Shown: positions 1 to 10,152 of the stretch, in pieces | How the letters are laid out: each line of letters opens with the position of its first letter | Position numbering within the stretch: position 1 is the first letter of the stretch | Source: Escherichia coli | Lineage (GTDB): Bacteria > Pseudomonadota > Gammaproteobacteria > Enterobacterales > Enterobacteriaceae | Reading direction: 5' to 3' (one strand) | DNA: 64,000 nt | Assembly: GCA_025336685.1 (NCBI GenBank) | Contig: GCA_025336685.1_4717.1 | Made by a program: the position numbers and the translations under genes | Notes under the pieces: generated by a model | Database searches by the model: none | Told to the model about the DNA's origin: nothing | The model's input: the letters and a program-made list of their open reading frames with translations, nothing else

Positions 1-2127
1 AACGTTCAGTTGATGATACAGAATCCTCAACGCACGGTTACCACCAATGGGATACTTCTCGAAGTTGGTCGCAATAGGAATCGCTGACGGCTTATCGGTC
101 GCATAGATGCTTTCAGTGATGCTATCCACCTGTTTTGGATTGTTTGCATAGTCCATAAAGACGCTCGCAAACCACCCACCAGCAAAGGCGGTAACTTCGC
201 GATGTTCAGATTCACCACAGTAACGAGTTGGTTGCTCTTTACCAGGAGAACTGTACTTATCGCTATTACTGAGTTTCGACGGTAATCCGTGCGCTTGCAG
301 TTTAGGAATACCCACCGCTGACCAATCGTTCGCCGTCTTCTCCAACATCATGATGTACGTGTCACCGATCGCAATATCGTTCTTGGTTGTCCGCCACTGC
401 CCAGAACGTCCGCGGTACCGTACAGGACCTTTCTTCAACGGGAACTCACGAATCAGATTCTCCATACGTTCTGAACCCGCTGCGATACTGTCTGTCGGGA
501 TATAAACTTCCGTACCGTGGCGTTGTACGTACCGTAAATGATCCCATTTATCCTCATCCGTGATACAGTATTTTTCAACAACCTGTTCCACGAACTCAGG
601 ACTGACGATATAGTAGTAGCGCATCAGTGTGTTCCAAGCGGTCTCCAGATCGCCTGCATCCATCACTGGTTTCAGCTCACGCATGATCTGGTCACCAACA
701 CCGTTGATGTATGGCGCATTAACACGACTTAAACTCATCCTTTTGATTACCGTGCTATCGTCAAACATAAAGTCCGCAACGTTACCCCATTGGTCAACCG
801 GCATTTCATCGTCTTCCATGATGTCGGTTACGACGAATTTATCACCCGCCATACCCGTGAATTTAAACCCGATACCTGGAACAACGTCATACGTGTACGT
901 GATGGTCACACGCCAATCATCGAGATTCTCTTTACGGTAATCGCGGGTTGGTAATACATGACGTAGCTGTCCGTTAGGATTGCGGATATCAATACCGTGT
1001 TCAGCATCAGCCAGGTTCAACCACCACATCACCGTTTGATGATGACGTATCGGCGTACCAACGCGTTCACGTTCGTACTTACGAACAGCATCCTGAATTC
1101 GGGTGTAAAGCAAACCGATTGCGTTTTCATATTTCAGGAATTGACGATACGGAGGACGCATCTTCTCTTCCATCATAATCGCACGCTCGCGGGCTTGACG
1201 TCCAGAACGACGATGTCGATCGCTGACAACATCGATATCCGTTACACGCGCATTCGGTTCAGCGTAAGTGAGATCATCGTAAACATAATCCACGCGCTGA
1301 AGGTTACACGTCATCATGTCAACAACGCTGAGGATAGGATCTATTTCGCGTGTTGCTGCAAGCAACCCATCCTTACGAATGCGCTCACCGTTCTCGGGTA
1401 TTGCTTGGTATACTTCGTCATCACCGTAGAGATTGATTGGGTATCGCGATTTACCTGATGTAATTGTTCGCTTCTCAATACCAGTACTGGTGAAATGCTT
1501 CAATACACCGCGACGGGCAACGCCACCATCTTCAATACACTGGTAGAAGCTACCGAAACACACCTTGCAATCGCGACCGTAACCCCACTCACGTGTTTCT
1601 TGATTGATCGCTGGGCTTTCCATCAAACGAGAATATCGTGGTACGATCTGGCCTCGACGAAGGGAATGGAACAAGTTGGTTGGTCGAAAACGGAAACCGT
1701 ACTGCTGATGCATGATGTGATGCTCGGGCACTTCAAGCAAGCGTAGCTCGTGACGGTTACCATCCTCTTGGTTTTCATACAGCACGTAATGCATCGTGTT
1801 TGTTTTGATGCTGTTTGCTGTATGCCCTGGTTGAAACCGCGGAATGATATCTATGATGCGAGATTCAACTGGAAACTCTACTGACCAAGTGTTTTGTCCG
1901 TACTGGTATTCAATCCCCGTCGTTAGTCGGGACGGCTTCGCATCTTTGATAACCAACGCTTGGCTAAGATGTCCACCAAACATCGCAGCGCGCTGTGCTG
2001 AGTTATAATGCAATAGCCCGTTAAGTCCAGTCCCTACGCCAGTATACTCCTGTTTAATGGGAATGATTTTACCTTCAGCGATTGCCTGCTTCACAGATTC
2101 ATAAAGAGGTTTTTCTTTATAATGCAT
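1..2127 (-). CDS. RNA polymerase beta-like subunit, C-terminal fragment (partial; 3' end lies beyond window start)
   Basis: Unlisted minus-strand ORF, manually translated, starting at ATG 2125-2127 with AGGAAG RBS 6 nt upstream and open to position 1. Contains LLHYNSAQRAAMFGG (cf. beta FLEHDDANRALMG), GMAGDKFVVTDIMEDDEMPVD (cf. GDKMAGRHG...IEDMPYDENG) and GESEHREVTAFAGGW (cf. GEMEVWALEAYG). The plus-strand ORFs 538-1746 inside it are antisense artefacts. Confidence 0.65.
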   Translation of the reverse strand, partial: MHYKEKPLYESVKQAIAEGKIIPIKQEYTGVGTGLNGLLHYNSAQRAAMFGGHLSQALVIKDAKPSRLTTGIEYQYGQNTWSVEFPVESRIIDIIPRFQPGHTANSIKTNTMHYVLYENQEDGNRHELRLLEVPEHHIMHQQYGFRFRPTNLFHSLRRGQIVPRYSRLMESPAINQETREWGYGRDCKVCFGSFYQCIEDGGVARRGVLKHFTSTGIEKRTITSGKSRYPINLYGDDEVYQAIPENGERIRKDGLLAATREIDPILSVVDMMTCNLQRVDYVYDDLTYAEPNARVTDIDVVSDRHRRSGRQARERAIMMEEKMRPPYRQFLKYENAIGLLYTRIQDAVRKYERERVGTPIRHHQTVMWWLNLADAEHGIDIRNPNGQLRHVLPTRDYRKENLDDWRVTITYTYDVVPGIGFKFTGMAGDKFVVTDIMEDDEMPVDQWGNVADFMFDDSTVIKRMSLSRVNAPYINGVGDQIMRELKPVMDAGDLETAWNTLMRYYYIVSPEFVEQVVEKYCITDEDKWDHLRYVQRHGTEVYIPTDSIAAGSERMENLIREFPLKKGPVRYRGRSGQWRTTKNDIAIGDTYIMMLEKTANDWSAVGIPKLQAHGLPSKLSNSDKYSSPGKEQPTRYCGESEHREVTAFAGGWFASVFMDYANNPKQVDSITESIYATDKPSAIPIATNFEKYPIGGNRALRILYHQLNV

Positions 2128-2146
2128 AGGACTTCCTATTATCGAA

Positions 2147-2512
2147 TTGAGGTACGTCATGTCTAACACGCCCCTGAACGACTTTCTTAAGACAAACCCC
2201 GATGACCTCATCCACGATCTTGATTTCAGGAACGTTGTTGAGATGCATCTGGAATATTTCAAAAATGCCGGACTGGTCTCTACGATAGACATACCACCCG
2301 AACGCGCCTACGAATTCGATGGTAACTTTTATGGATTGTGTCGTGTTCTGCTCGGCGAGGGCAGTGAATCAATGCACTGGATCACCATGAGACTCAATGG
2401 TTATCGCGACCCTACGGAATACACCGCCGATGTTCTAACCATGAAGATTGTCGATACAAGCGCAATCAACACATTAAAACAACAGTACCGCACAATCCAC
2501 TACAGCGCTTAA
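2147..2512 (+). CDS. hypothetical protein (121 aa, TTG start)
   Basis: ORF convergent with the 2578-3858 gene and followed by a GC-rich hairpin; no recognisable motif. Confidence 0.35.
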   Translation: MRYVMSNTPLNDFLKTNPDDLIHDLDFRNVVEMHLEYFKNAGLVSTIDIPPERAYEFDGNFYGLCRVLLGEGSESMHWITMRLNGYRDPTEYTADVLTMKIVDTSAINTLKQQYRTIHYSA

Positions 2513-2517
2513 GATAA

Positions 2518-2546
2518 CCCTCCCACAGCGTAAAGCGTAGGGAGGG
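2518..2546. terminator. GC-rich stem-loop CCCTCCC-N15-GGGAGGG between convergent genes (putative bidirectional terminator)
   Basis: Perfect 7-bp inverted repeat read directly in the sequence, placed between the stops of 2147-2512 (+) and 2578-3858 (-). Confidence 0.5.
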
Positions 2547-2577
2547 CATTTATGCCGTCGTTCGTTGGCTTAGCACA

Positions 2578-3858
2578 TCAGAAACGATTTACAGTACGTC
2601 CTGTCCATGCACTCAGGATGTTGTTACGTTCCATCTCAGCCCGACGACGTAAGCCGTTTGGTGACTGCGGTGCTTGCGGCATCCCCCACCCAGCAGGCTG
2701 CATACCCATACCAGGCCAAGCGGAATTATTGAACATCGTACCGTTACGTTCCGCAACACGATTCATTAATGTATCAAACGTGCTATTACCTGCCGGTTGA
2801 TTACCGCCGCTTTCCCATTGATTAGGTTGAACAGGTGTAGTTTTACCCAACAGGTTATCAATCACGTTACTCGTTGCAGCAGGACGCGGTTGCATGCCTT
2901 CATGTGCAGCTGCTGATGGATTTGGCTTAACCGTCGGCTGCGGACGACTGTTCAGCGTTACACCCATGTTGTATTTCGCTGGTGGAATCTGACCACGATG
3001 TTGGGTAATCGGCTCAAAATCCTCGACCCAGGTAACATCGCAATAACCGTTCTCTTTACCGTCGTACTTATCACCAAACAGTTTGATAAGATTGTTCAGC
3101 GGTTCCATCAGCTTCGCGAAGCTGTGGATAAGACAATCGAAATACGGAGCATGAGGATCGCTTGACCCAGCATTATACGTTTCACTTACCTCACCGGAGT
3201 GAGGGATAACGTACTCAACCAGGTTTCTCAGCATGTTAAGATCTTTCTTGGAAATCTCAACACCACACCAGTACGTTTTCTTATCTTTCGTGCTGATGTG
3301 TTCCTCTTCCATGAACGGGAAAGTAACTACCGCAACGCGGGTCATCTTCTTACCCATGTAGGTTGCGCCAGTACGACGAAGATAAATTTTAGACAACGTA
3401 TACGGTGTGTCACGTTTCAACCAAACGGTGACCAGTTTACCTAACGTCGTTAGCGTTTTATCGCTGGCATCCGCAAGGATATTGAAGAACTCTTTTTGCT
3501 TCGGTCCGAAACGTTTTGCTTCTTTAGGATTGATTGCGGTTTCAACCATCCAAATCAGCATGGAACACAGTGTGGCGTTAAAACGAACAACCATTGCACG
3601 ACGCAGGAACTGAAGTACTTCCGATTCACCATTCATCACGTCTTCACTTAGCGGATGGAACAGTACACGTTCGGCGAGTTGATTTCCGGTACGAACTTCG
3701 GGAACCGGCATCAGCAACGGCATGCTTTCCACGGTAGCGGCAACTGCAACAACTTTACCATCCCCATCTGTAAAACGATATTCTAATTCGTGGGCGTCAT
3801 TTTCAAAATAGTTAACGCTTTGCAGCGCTTTGCGATAAGCTTCAATAAGCTTCGACAT
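2578..3858 (-). CDS. hypothetical protein (426 aa) with Q/P/G/M-rich C-terminal region
   Basis: Long ORF; low-complexity C-terminus (GMGMQPAGWGMPQAPQSP); no catalytic motif recognised. Confidence 0.55.
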   Translation of the reverse strand: MSKLIEAYRKALQSVNYFENDAHELEYRFTDGDGKVVAVAATVESMPLLMPVPEVRTGNQLAERVLFHPLSEDVMNGESEVLQFLRRAMVVRFNATLCSMLIWMVETAINPKEAKRFGPKQKEFFNILADASDKTLTTLGKLVTVWLKRDTPYTLSKIYLRRTGATYMGKKMTRVAVVTFPFMEEEHISTKDKKTYWCGVEISKKDLNMLRNLVEYVIPHSGEVSETYNAGSSDPHAPYFDCLIHSFAKLMEPLNNLIKLFGDKYDGKENGYCDVTWVEDFEPITQHRGQIPPAKYNMGVTLNSRPQPTVKPNPSAAAHEGMQPRPAATSNVIDNLLGKTTPVQPNQWESGGNQPAGNSTFDTLMNRVAERNGTMFNNSAWPGMGMQPAGWGMPQAPQSPNGLRRRAEMERNNILSAWTGRTVNRF

Positions 3859-3886
3859 ATTGCGTTTCCTTTTCTTTTACGTCAAC

Positions 3887-3907
3887 GGTCCCCTACAACA
3901 GGGGACC
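3887..3907. terminator. stem-loop GGTCCCCT-loop-AGGGGACC downstream of the 3914-5500 gene
   Basis: 8-bp inverted repeat immediately after the stop of the minus-strand two-gene operon. Confidence 0.4.
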
Positions 3908-3913
3908 TATGGA

Positions 3914-5500
3914 TTAGAAGTTGCCTTTGGTAGTTACCGCATCCACCAGGTTAAACAAATCAACACTCAGCTTGTAAACCTCCTGCTGACTACGGTTGAG
4001 CAGCGGGCTGTACGCGGATGGGTTGATGTTCGGCATGGTGTACGGAATCGGTGAAGAGCCGTCAACGCTGATCTTGAACTGGCTGTCCAGGAACAGGTTA
4101 ATCGCACCACTCACCATAACCGCGTTCGGGTTGTTACCCAACATGGAGGGCAGGATATTGGTAATCATGTCGGAACGCATCTGTTCAGCAGCGCGGTTAC
4201 AATCATACCCTTTAATGAACGGTACAGCGTCAGTAACCGCAACCGCCCATTGCCCAGGCATGATGCCTAGTTCTGGATGGCCGTGGTTATCAGCAATGAA
4301 ACGGAACGACTCCAACATGCGATACGTCATCGCAGCAGGCATCATCGCAGCAAGTGATGAACAATACAGCGTTGGATAATCGATAACGTCCCAGCTCTGG
4401 CTATCGGTCGGCATCCAACCAAACTCGGTGGTTGCCGATGTACCGCGACGAGCTTCCACGTACGGGAACAGTCTTAAGACATCACGGACATGCTCGCCGA
4501 ACATCCGTTTCATATCAGCCCAACTCAGGCTACCGCTGAAGGCGAATCCCTCATCACGCATAATCGCACCGAATACCGGATGCGCAACCAACGGTTCTTC
4601 ACGAACAGCTTGAGCTGCTTCTACGTAAATATCCTCATTCTCTGCGCTACCTGGATGAGACCCGCTTTCGTACGTCTGACGAATAGCCCCGACGTTATCG
4701 AAGGCTTTTCTTAGATAGATGGTTGGGATGTTCGTATCAGCACTCGCTGGTTTGATTTTCTCCGTTGCGAAACACATTGCTGCTTCCACACCACGAAAAA
4801 CCGGTTCCGGTTGCGATTGATAGGAAGAGCGATGAACCACATCAGCGTAGGCTGGATCGAACTGCTGCATCACGTTCTGCATGGCTGGGTCCATGAACTG
4901 GTTATCAAAACCACCATTGCCTACCCAACGTGCAGTCGACGCATAAGTCAGCGTATCCTGAACACGAGTACTGAACTGAACATCACGATTAACAGGGTCG
5001 TATGCGCCAGTCAAAAGGTTCGTTGCGTCCATCGGGGTCGCGCGAACGATTTGCTTACCGAACATATCCGTTGTGGTTGTTTCGGTTACCTGGATTACAT
5101 TCGTGAAGAAGAACACCAGTTCGTTCGGCAGATCGATGGCACGTGTTGTAAACGCATCGAGGCTTACCGAATGGTCGGTGTATCCAGAAATGTAATGGAC
5201 GCGCTTGGTTCCTGGTGCAAGGGCCAAGGATTCTTCCACAGCCATCATGAAATGGAAACGACGTGTGCCCCAACCATTCGCAATCTCCGAAACCCCCTCA
5301 GGTTCTGCAGACTGCTGTAACAAACCGGTTGCAAGCTTATTGATTGCTGATGGGGTTGTTGCCGTACCGAACTTCGTCGTGTTAATAAAGTCTTCGATGC
5401 TACGCATGCTATCTGCATGGAATCGTAGTGGACGACGTTGTACGTTGTTGTACGGTGCGGTTTCAACCATCAGTATTTCACGAACATTCATCGGGATCAT
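3914..5500 (-). CDS. hypothetical protein (528 aa)
   Basis: Long ORF starting 1 nt after the stop of the upstream 5502-7088 gene, so probably co-transcribed from the promoter at 7184; no motif recognised. Confidence 0.55.
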   Translation of the reverse strand: MIPMNVREILMVETAPYNNVQRRPLRFHADSMRSIEDFINTTKFGTATTPSAINKLATGLLQQSAEPEGVSEIANGWGTRRFHFMMAVEESLALAPGTKRVHYISGYTDHSVSLDAFTTRAIDLPNELVFFFTNVIQVTETTTTDMFGKQIVRATPMDATNLLTGAYDPVNRDVQFSTRVQDTLTYASTARWVGNGGFDNQFMDPAMQNVMQQFDPAYADVVHRSSYQSQPEPVFRGVEAAMCFATEKIKPASADTNIPTIYLRKAFDNVGAIRQTYESGSHPGSAENEDIYVEAAQAVREEPLVAHPVFGAIMRDEGFAFSGSLSWADMKRMFGEHVRDVLRLFPYVEARRGTSATTEFGWMPTDSQSWDVIDYPTLYCSSLAAMMPAAMTYRMLESFRFIADNHGHPELGIMPGQWAVAVTDAVPFIKGYDCNRAAEQMRSDMITNILPSMLGNNPNAVMVSGAINLFLDSQFKISVDGSSPIPYTMPNINPSAYSPLLNRSQQEVYKLSVDLFNLVDAVTTKGNF

Positions 5501-5501
5501 T

Positions 5502-7088
5502 TTATTTTTTTCCTCTTAAATTTACTACATGTTCATTTAATCGAACAACTAATTGCACAAGCTGCTGACGGATATCTGCTGGGCAAAGCATCAATCCTTT
5601 ACGATCAGCTGGGACTTTCTCAAGGATTTCCGGACCTGCTGCGGAAACATCCCAATCCCATTCACAAAACGCATCAGCCACCATGTTAATACCGACAACC
5701 GGTAAAGTTGTACGTTCATCTTCATACATGGCATGCGGATACAATTTATTGACGGTAATGACCTCCTGTGGTTTTAACTGATGGATAATCTGGTAAACGT
5801 CGTCGCGTTTAACCTGGATACCTACGGTCAGCGCAGCCAGTTGAGGAAAACCCCAATGGTCTAATAAGCACGCTGCGATTGCTAACGCTTTTGCCTGATG
5901 TACGGCTTCAATCGGTGATAGACTTCTCGCTGGAAGATGACTATCAAGCAACCATTGTGCCAATGCTCGGCATCCACGGTTGATTGGTTTTAACTCAATG
6001 CTGTCATCATGTTTAGCGTAGGTGTATCCGTCGTAACGTTTTGCGATACGCGCATACATGTCTTCAACTTTACCGTAAGGTGCTGTTTCGTCGACGTCAT
6101 GCAACACCCGTTCCATCTGGGTAAGATACGCGATATCAAGGATGAGTACGCGTGGTGAACGTTTATCTTTCACCATCAACGCATCAATCACGCCTTGACT
6201 GTCTTCATCTTGCGCATTCCCTCGCGGCGTTTTCTCGCGAATCGGTCCGCTGAAACGTCGTTCCGTACAAAGGTTATTCACATAGCTAAAGATCAACGTT
6301 ACCAGGTGCGTACAACTCACCAACACTCCATCTTTAACGACAGGCTGTACGGCTTGGTCCAAATCGCGTACTGCGAGACGGCGAACGATGGCTTGTGAAC
6401 GCAACCAACCAGGTACTTTCTCTGTCGACATGTAATCCACCGTCATCGACAGCGTGATCTTTTTATCGCCTGTCTGTGCACGGATATAATCTTCCAGTCG
6501 GTCGTAAGCAGCGATATCATGAATGCGTGTTTTATACATCAACGACATAGCCACTTCTTCTTTACGTACCGTCCCGTACGTTTTCCCTGCGTCAATCAGA
6601 AACTCCGCCCAAATCGGCACCATCAGCCGGACGTAGATCGCTAACGCCGTTAACTCAACGTAATCGTTTCGTAAATAGGTTTTCTCAGGTATGTCATCCT
6701 CACCTAATGTTGTTTTCATGTCTGGCGGTAATTTTACCCAACCTGGGGTATTACACAACGCCAGAATCTCTTCATAGACGATCGGTTTGTAAATTTCACC
6801 GACGGCGCGGCTCAACTCCTCCATTTGTTGCTGTGGAGCAATGTAGTTATCCATCGCTTCACGTGCTTTAACGAACCCTTCGAAGATGTCGTCGATTCGA
6901 CGTGGGTTCTTTTGTTCTATCCAAGCGAGATACTTATTAATCTCTCGCATCTGATTGCTAGCCATATCCCCATCAATCTTGATGTAGCCTTGGCCTGAAA
7001 ATTCCACGGCACGTCCGTCACGATGTTTGATGAGATAGTGATCCAGCTTTTCTTTGCCTTGCGTCGTAATGACGGGCACAATGTGCAT
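5502..7088 (-). CDS. hypothetical protein (528 aa), first gene of a promoter-driven operon
   Basis: Long ORF about 96 nt downstream of a TATATTAC-type promoter motif. Confidence 0.55.
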   Translation of the reverse strand: MHIVPVITTQGKEKLDHYLIKHRDGRAVEFSGQGYIKIDGDMASNQMREINKYLAWIEQKNPRRIDDIFEGFVKAREAMDNYIAPQQQMEELSRAVGEIYKPIVYEEILALCNTPGWVKLPPDMKTTLGEDDIPEKTYLRNDYVELTALAIYVRLMVPIWAEFLIDAGKTYGTVRKEEVAMSLMYKTRIHDIAAYDRLEDYIRAQTGDKKITLSMTVDYMSTEKVPGWLRSQAIVRRLAVRDLDQAVQPVVKDGVLVSCTHLVTLIFSYVNNLCTERRFSGPIREKTPRGNAQDEDSQGVIDALMVKDKRSPRVLILDIAYLTQMERVLHDVDETAPYGKVEDMYARIAKRYDGYTYAKHDDSIELKPINRGCRALAQWLLDSHLPARSLSPIEAVHQAKALAIAACLLDHWGFPQLAALTVGIQVKRDDVYQIIHQLKPQEVITVNKLYPHAMYEDERTTLPVVGINMVADAFCEWDWDVSAAGPEILEKVPADRKGLMLCPADIRQQLVQLVVRLNEHVVNLRGKK

Positions 7089-7182
7089 AACAACCTCTTT
7101 TCGCGGTTCCCTGTTGAAACGTCTTCTGTGACGTCTACCACAAAGGTAACATTTATGTCGCCTCTATGACTTTGTTCATAGA

Positions 7183-7200
7183 GGTAATATAAGCGTGAAT
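7183..7200 (-). promoter_or_regulatory. phage promoter, minus-strand core TATATTAC with extended consensus (attcacgCTTATATTACC)
   Basis: Plus-strand gtaatata at 7184-7191. One of five sites sharing ttcaSg-N-YTATATTACC with an A/T-rich upstream flank, all upstream of minus-strand genes. Core matches the early promoter element reported for phiKZ-like phages. Confidence 0.6.
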
Positions 7201-7330
7201 AATTTTGGATTCCAGCTGAGTTATCGCTCAGCATGCAAGGCATCCCGCCGAAGCGAGACACCTTGCACTAACGGAAAGTATTCGCGTTACCTTCTGAGTC
7301 TTCGATTCAGAATGCGAAGCTAAAGCATTA

Positions 7331-8119
7331 TTAGAACGCTAAGCCATCAAAGGCTACAGACGGATCATCGTCGTCATTTGCGCTTGGTGCATCCCAACGG
7401 GTATCAGGGGCAGCTGGGGCCGAACGTGATGCGTTAGAGTTACCGTTGTACTGGCCGTTACCAGCATTACGGTTACCGCCGCCGTTATTATTGTTGCGAT
7501 TATAGCTGTTGTTGCCATTACTTACGCTACGGCTCTCACCATCGAAATTGGTTGCGAGGATGCTTGGCAACACAGCACGATGGATGCGTACGAATTCCAA
7601 TGCACAAAGCGGAGAAACAACCCCGATCTGCAACGGTTGCCCAGACTCATCAACCAGAGAGTGGAAACGTGGTGGTTTGAATACGAACTGGATGTTTGGT
7701 TTCTGGTATGCTGTTACAGCGATGTATACCGAACCATCATCATTCTTACCAACCCATGTTGTACTTTCGGTAATCTGTTTCTTCTTACCTGGGTTATTGC
7801 GATCATCAATAACCTTTTCGTTCTTCATCGCAAAGCGTTGACCTGGTTTACCCTTAGCAACCTGCTCAAGGATCGCAAGCAGGTTGTAGAACGCGTATGA
7901 ACTCATGCGTGCCCAAATGCTTTCAGCGCGACCCTGCTGGTCTTTACGACCTGTATAAACCGTGATACGCGGTTGATTCTTAGCAACGCTAATTTTCAGT
8001 GAGGGGACCGAATTGCCACCCTCAACTTTTTCGTCCGCCCACAGTTTCCAGTTGTTGTCGTCGTAAGCCGTAGGAATAATGTTTCCTTGTGGTTTACTAC
8101 CCGAATTCCAATTGCTCAT
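7331..8119 (-). CDS. hypothetical protein with N/G-rich linker and acidic C-terminal tail (possible ssDNA-binding protein)
   Basis: C-terminus is NGNNSYNRNNNNGGGNRNAGNGQYNGN...DDDDPSVAFDGLAF, resembling the flexible linker plus acidic tip of SSB proteins; the N-terminal domain is not recognisably an OB fold by eye. Confidence 0.3.
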   Translation of the reverse strand: MSNWNSGSKPQGNIIPTAYDDNNWKLWADEKVEGGNSVPSLKISVAKNQPRITVYTGRKDQQGRAESIWARMSSYAFYNLLAILEQVAKGKPGQRFAMKNEKVIDDRNNPGKKKQITESTTWVGKNDDGSVYIAVTAYQKPNIQFVFKPPRFHSLVDESGQPLQIGVVSPLCALEFVRIHRAVLPSILATNFDGESRSVSNGNNSYNRNNNNGGGNRNAGNGQYNGNSNASRSAPAAPDTRWDAPSANDDDDPSVAFDGLAF

Positions 8120-8192
8120 TTTCAGCCTCGTTACGTAGTGTGCATCAATTTCTGGTTCAGATGATTGTCAATATTAGTTAAAAATTACAGCC

Positions 8193-9026
8193 TCAGCGGA
8201 ACATGTCCAACAGAAAACGTTTTGCGAAGGGGTCGCGTAACTGGTTGACACCAAAGCGTGTACGGTCTTCCGTTGTTAACGGATTCCACTGACTCTGTTT
8301 CGCAAGATCTAACAGCATCCTTTTTATTTTCACCGGTCCGCTGTTAAACTGTACGGCTTGGTCACCGAACGTTCCCAATGTCATCTTTGTAAATGGGAGG
8401 TTCGCAACCTCTGGACGATCCCCACCAGTAAGTTTGGTTGACCACTGATGTTTTCGTTTCAAAGTTCCGGTATGACTCTCTACCAAAATAAGTTCACCAA
8501 AACCGGTTCTTGCCAACAAGTCAGAAACATAGTGCGTGGTGATATACGATGTTTTGGTTATCGTGGGTAATTTACAATCCATCGATTCGATATTAGGGAG
8601 TCGATCTACAGACGCCATCAACCCACGATAAAGTGTAGCGAGTCCTTTTTGTTTTTCGGTATGTGGCTCCTTGTGTATAGCGTGCGGATAAACACGCTTT
8701 ATTGATGCATAGGTTGGCGCATATATCCGCAAACGAATATGGGGAACGAGTTCATTCACCAACTGCCTTAGCTGCAGCAACTCGTTTTGAAAATCCCCCG
8801 TTATCATCGATAATGGTAATTTATGTTGCTCGACGTCTTCAAAGCTTTCAACAAAATTGCGCGCTAAAGTACGCAGGTTGAACAACCAATCCATCGGTGT
8901 TTCTGGCTGTTGCTGTACTGCTGATAATGTTGCTGACGTCCCCACCGATAAAGGATAATCACCTAGCGTGCGGGCGTACATATCGCTCATACCCCACAAC
9001 TCCTTCTTATCATGGCAACGTATCAA
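8193..9026 (-). CDS. hypothetical protein (277 aa)
   Basis: ORF in the same-strand operon; no motif recognised. Confidence 0.5.
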   Translation of the reverse strand: MIRCHDKKELWGMSDMYARTLGDYPLSVGTSATLSAVQQQPETPMDWLFNLRTLARNFVESFEDVEQHKLPLSMITGDFQNELLQLRQLVNELVPHIRLRIYAPTYASIKRVYPHAIHKEPHTEKQKGLATLYRGLMASVDRLPNIESMDCKLPTITKTSYITTHYVSDLLARTGFGELILVESHTGTLKRKHQWSTKLTGGDRPEVANLPFTKMTLGTFGDQAVQFNSGPVKIKRMLLDLAKQSQWNPLTTEDRTRFGVNQLRDPFAKRFLLDMFR

Positions 9027-10152
9027 GCCAAGCAGAAACCTTTAAGGCATCAACGTTCGGGTATTTATTACGGATGCGTTCGACCAACAAACGCTTAACG
9101 TTGTCCTTTGTCAAGTCCCCACCCTTCTCGATAACGTTATTGACAAAACTGTTCTTTAATAGCGACTGGTTGTTCTTGGCATCCGTTTTAATTGACCAGA
9201 CAAAACCTGGATACAAAGAAGGGATAGAACGAAACGTTTTCGCTGCGTCGTCTTCCTTATCGCAGCGTATTCGAATATGATCGCCCTTCTTCAATGGAGC
9301 CAATTCCCGTTCCAACACACGGACAATTTCATCTCCAACAAGACCATGCAGTTTTATCGTCTTGTAGACATCTGCTTTCTTGTTCTCAACAAATTCCCAT
9401 TGGTCGTTAAACGATTCTGTTAACGTATAACGGAGGTACCCCTTTGGACCTTCTTCGCCATGCGACAAGCGACCGAACGAACCGCCAACCATGATACGTC
9501 CTTTCTGGGATTGTAAGTGAATATGTCCGCTCACAATCCATCCCTGGGTCTTCTCCACCATTGCGTTATACGCATCACTGCTATGAACACATGTCGCTTT
9601 TAACGCTTCTGGTGGAAGCTGATATTCGAACGCACCGTGCATCAGAATGAAGTCCGGCGATCCCTTCTCATCAATAAGTCGGTTCACGGCTGACAACGTC
9701 ACATCCGGGTCGTGGCTGTAGTTATCTGGAAGATAAAGTACTTTTAAACCAAAGTCTTCATCAACCATGCAGAGGTCATCGTAATAACGAACTTTCGCTC
9801 CTATCTCCATGACCTCGTTCTGCTCAACGAACCACTGGCTTTGCTTCTGGTCGTGTAAATTGGTACCCTCAAGAAAGATCAATGTAATATCGTGTTTTCT
9901 CGCATACCGTAACAACCAGGTACCCCAAGCACGAACAGCAACCACGTCACTCGTTACAAACGTCGTAATACGATCGAAGACATCACCACTGAACGTAATC
10001 ACGTCAAGCAGCGCAGGATCTTCTTTGGTGATGTAATAACGTAGCTGGTTAATCAGGTTTACTGTTGGTGTTTGACGATGGATAAAGTGAATATCCGACA
10101 AATTGATTCCACGTAATACCCCAGGCGTTTTATTTCGACTGAAGTCTCGCAT
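9010..10152 (-). CDS. calcineurin-like metallophosphoesterase (Mre11/SbcD-like nuclease candidate)
   Basis: Ordered phosphoesterase motifs: LSDIHF (D-x-H), GDVFD (GD), GTNLHD (GNHD-like), MHGAFEY, SGHIHLQ (GH-x-H). Confidence 0.6.
   Translation of the reverse strand: MRDFSRNKTPGVLRGINLSDIHFIHRQTPTVNLINQLRYYITKEDPALLDVITFSGDVFDRITTFVTSDVVAVRAWGTWLLRYARKHDITLIFLEGTNLHDQKQSQWFVEQNEVMEIGAKVRYYDDLCMVDEDFGLKVLYLPDNYSHDPDVTLSAVNRLIDEKGSPDFILMHGAFEYQLPPEALKATCVHSSDAYNAMVEKTQGWIVSGHIHLQSQKGRIMVGGSFGRLSHGEEGPKGYLRYTLTESFNDQWEFVENKKADVYKTIKLHGLVGDEIVRVLERELAPLKKGDHIRIRCDKEDDAAKTFRSIPSLYPGFVWSIKTDAKNNQSLLKNSFVNNVIEKGGDLTKDNVKRLLVERIRNKYPNVDALKVSAWLDTLP

Noticed and set aside
538-1746. Four plus-strand ORFs (538-732, 629-940, 997-1458, 1495-1746)
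   Set aside because: All fall inside the much longer minus-strand RNAP beta-like ORF (1-2127) that has clear conserved motifs; they overlap each other and are most likely spurious.
9064-9072. TTTATTACG copy on the plus strand
   Set aside because: Lies inside the minus-strand phosphoesterase gene with no plus-strand gene downstream; probably a chance occurrence, and it lowers confidence in the motif as a promoter.
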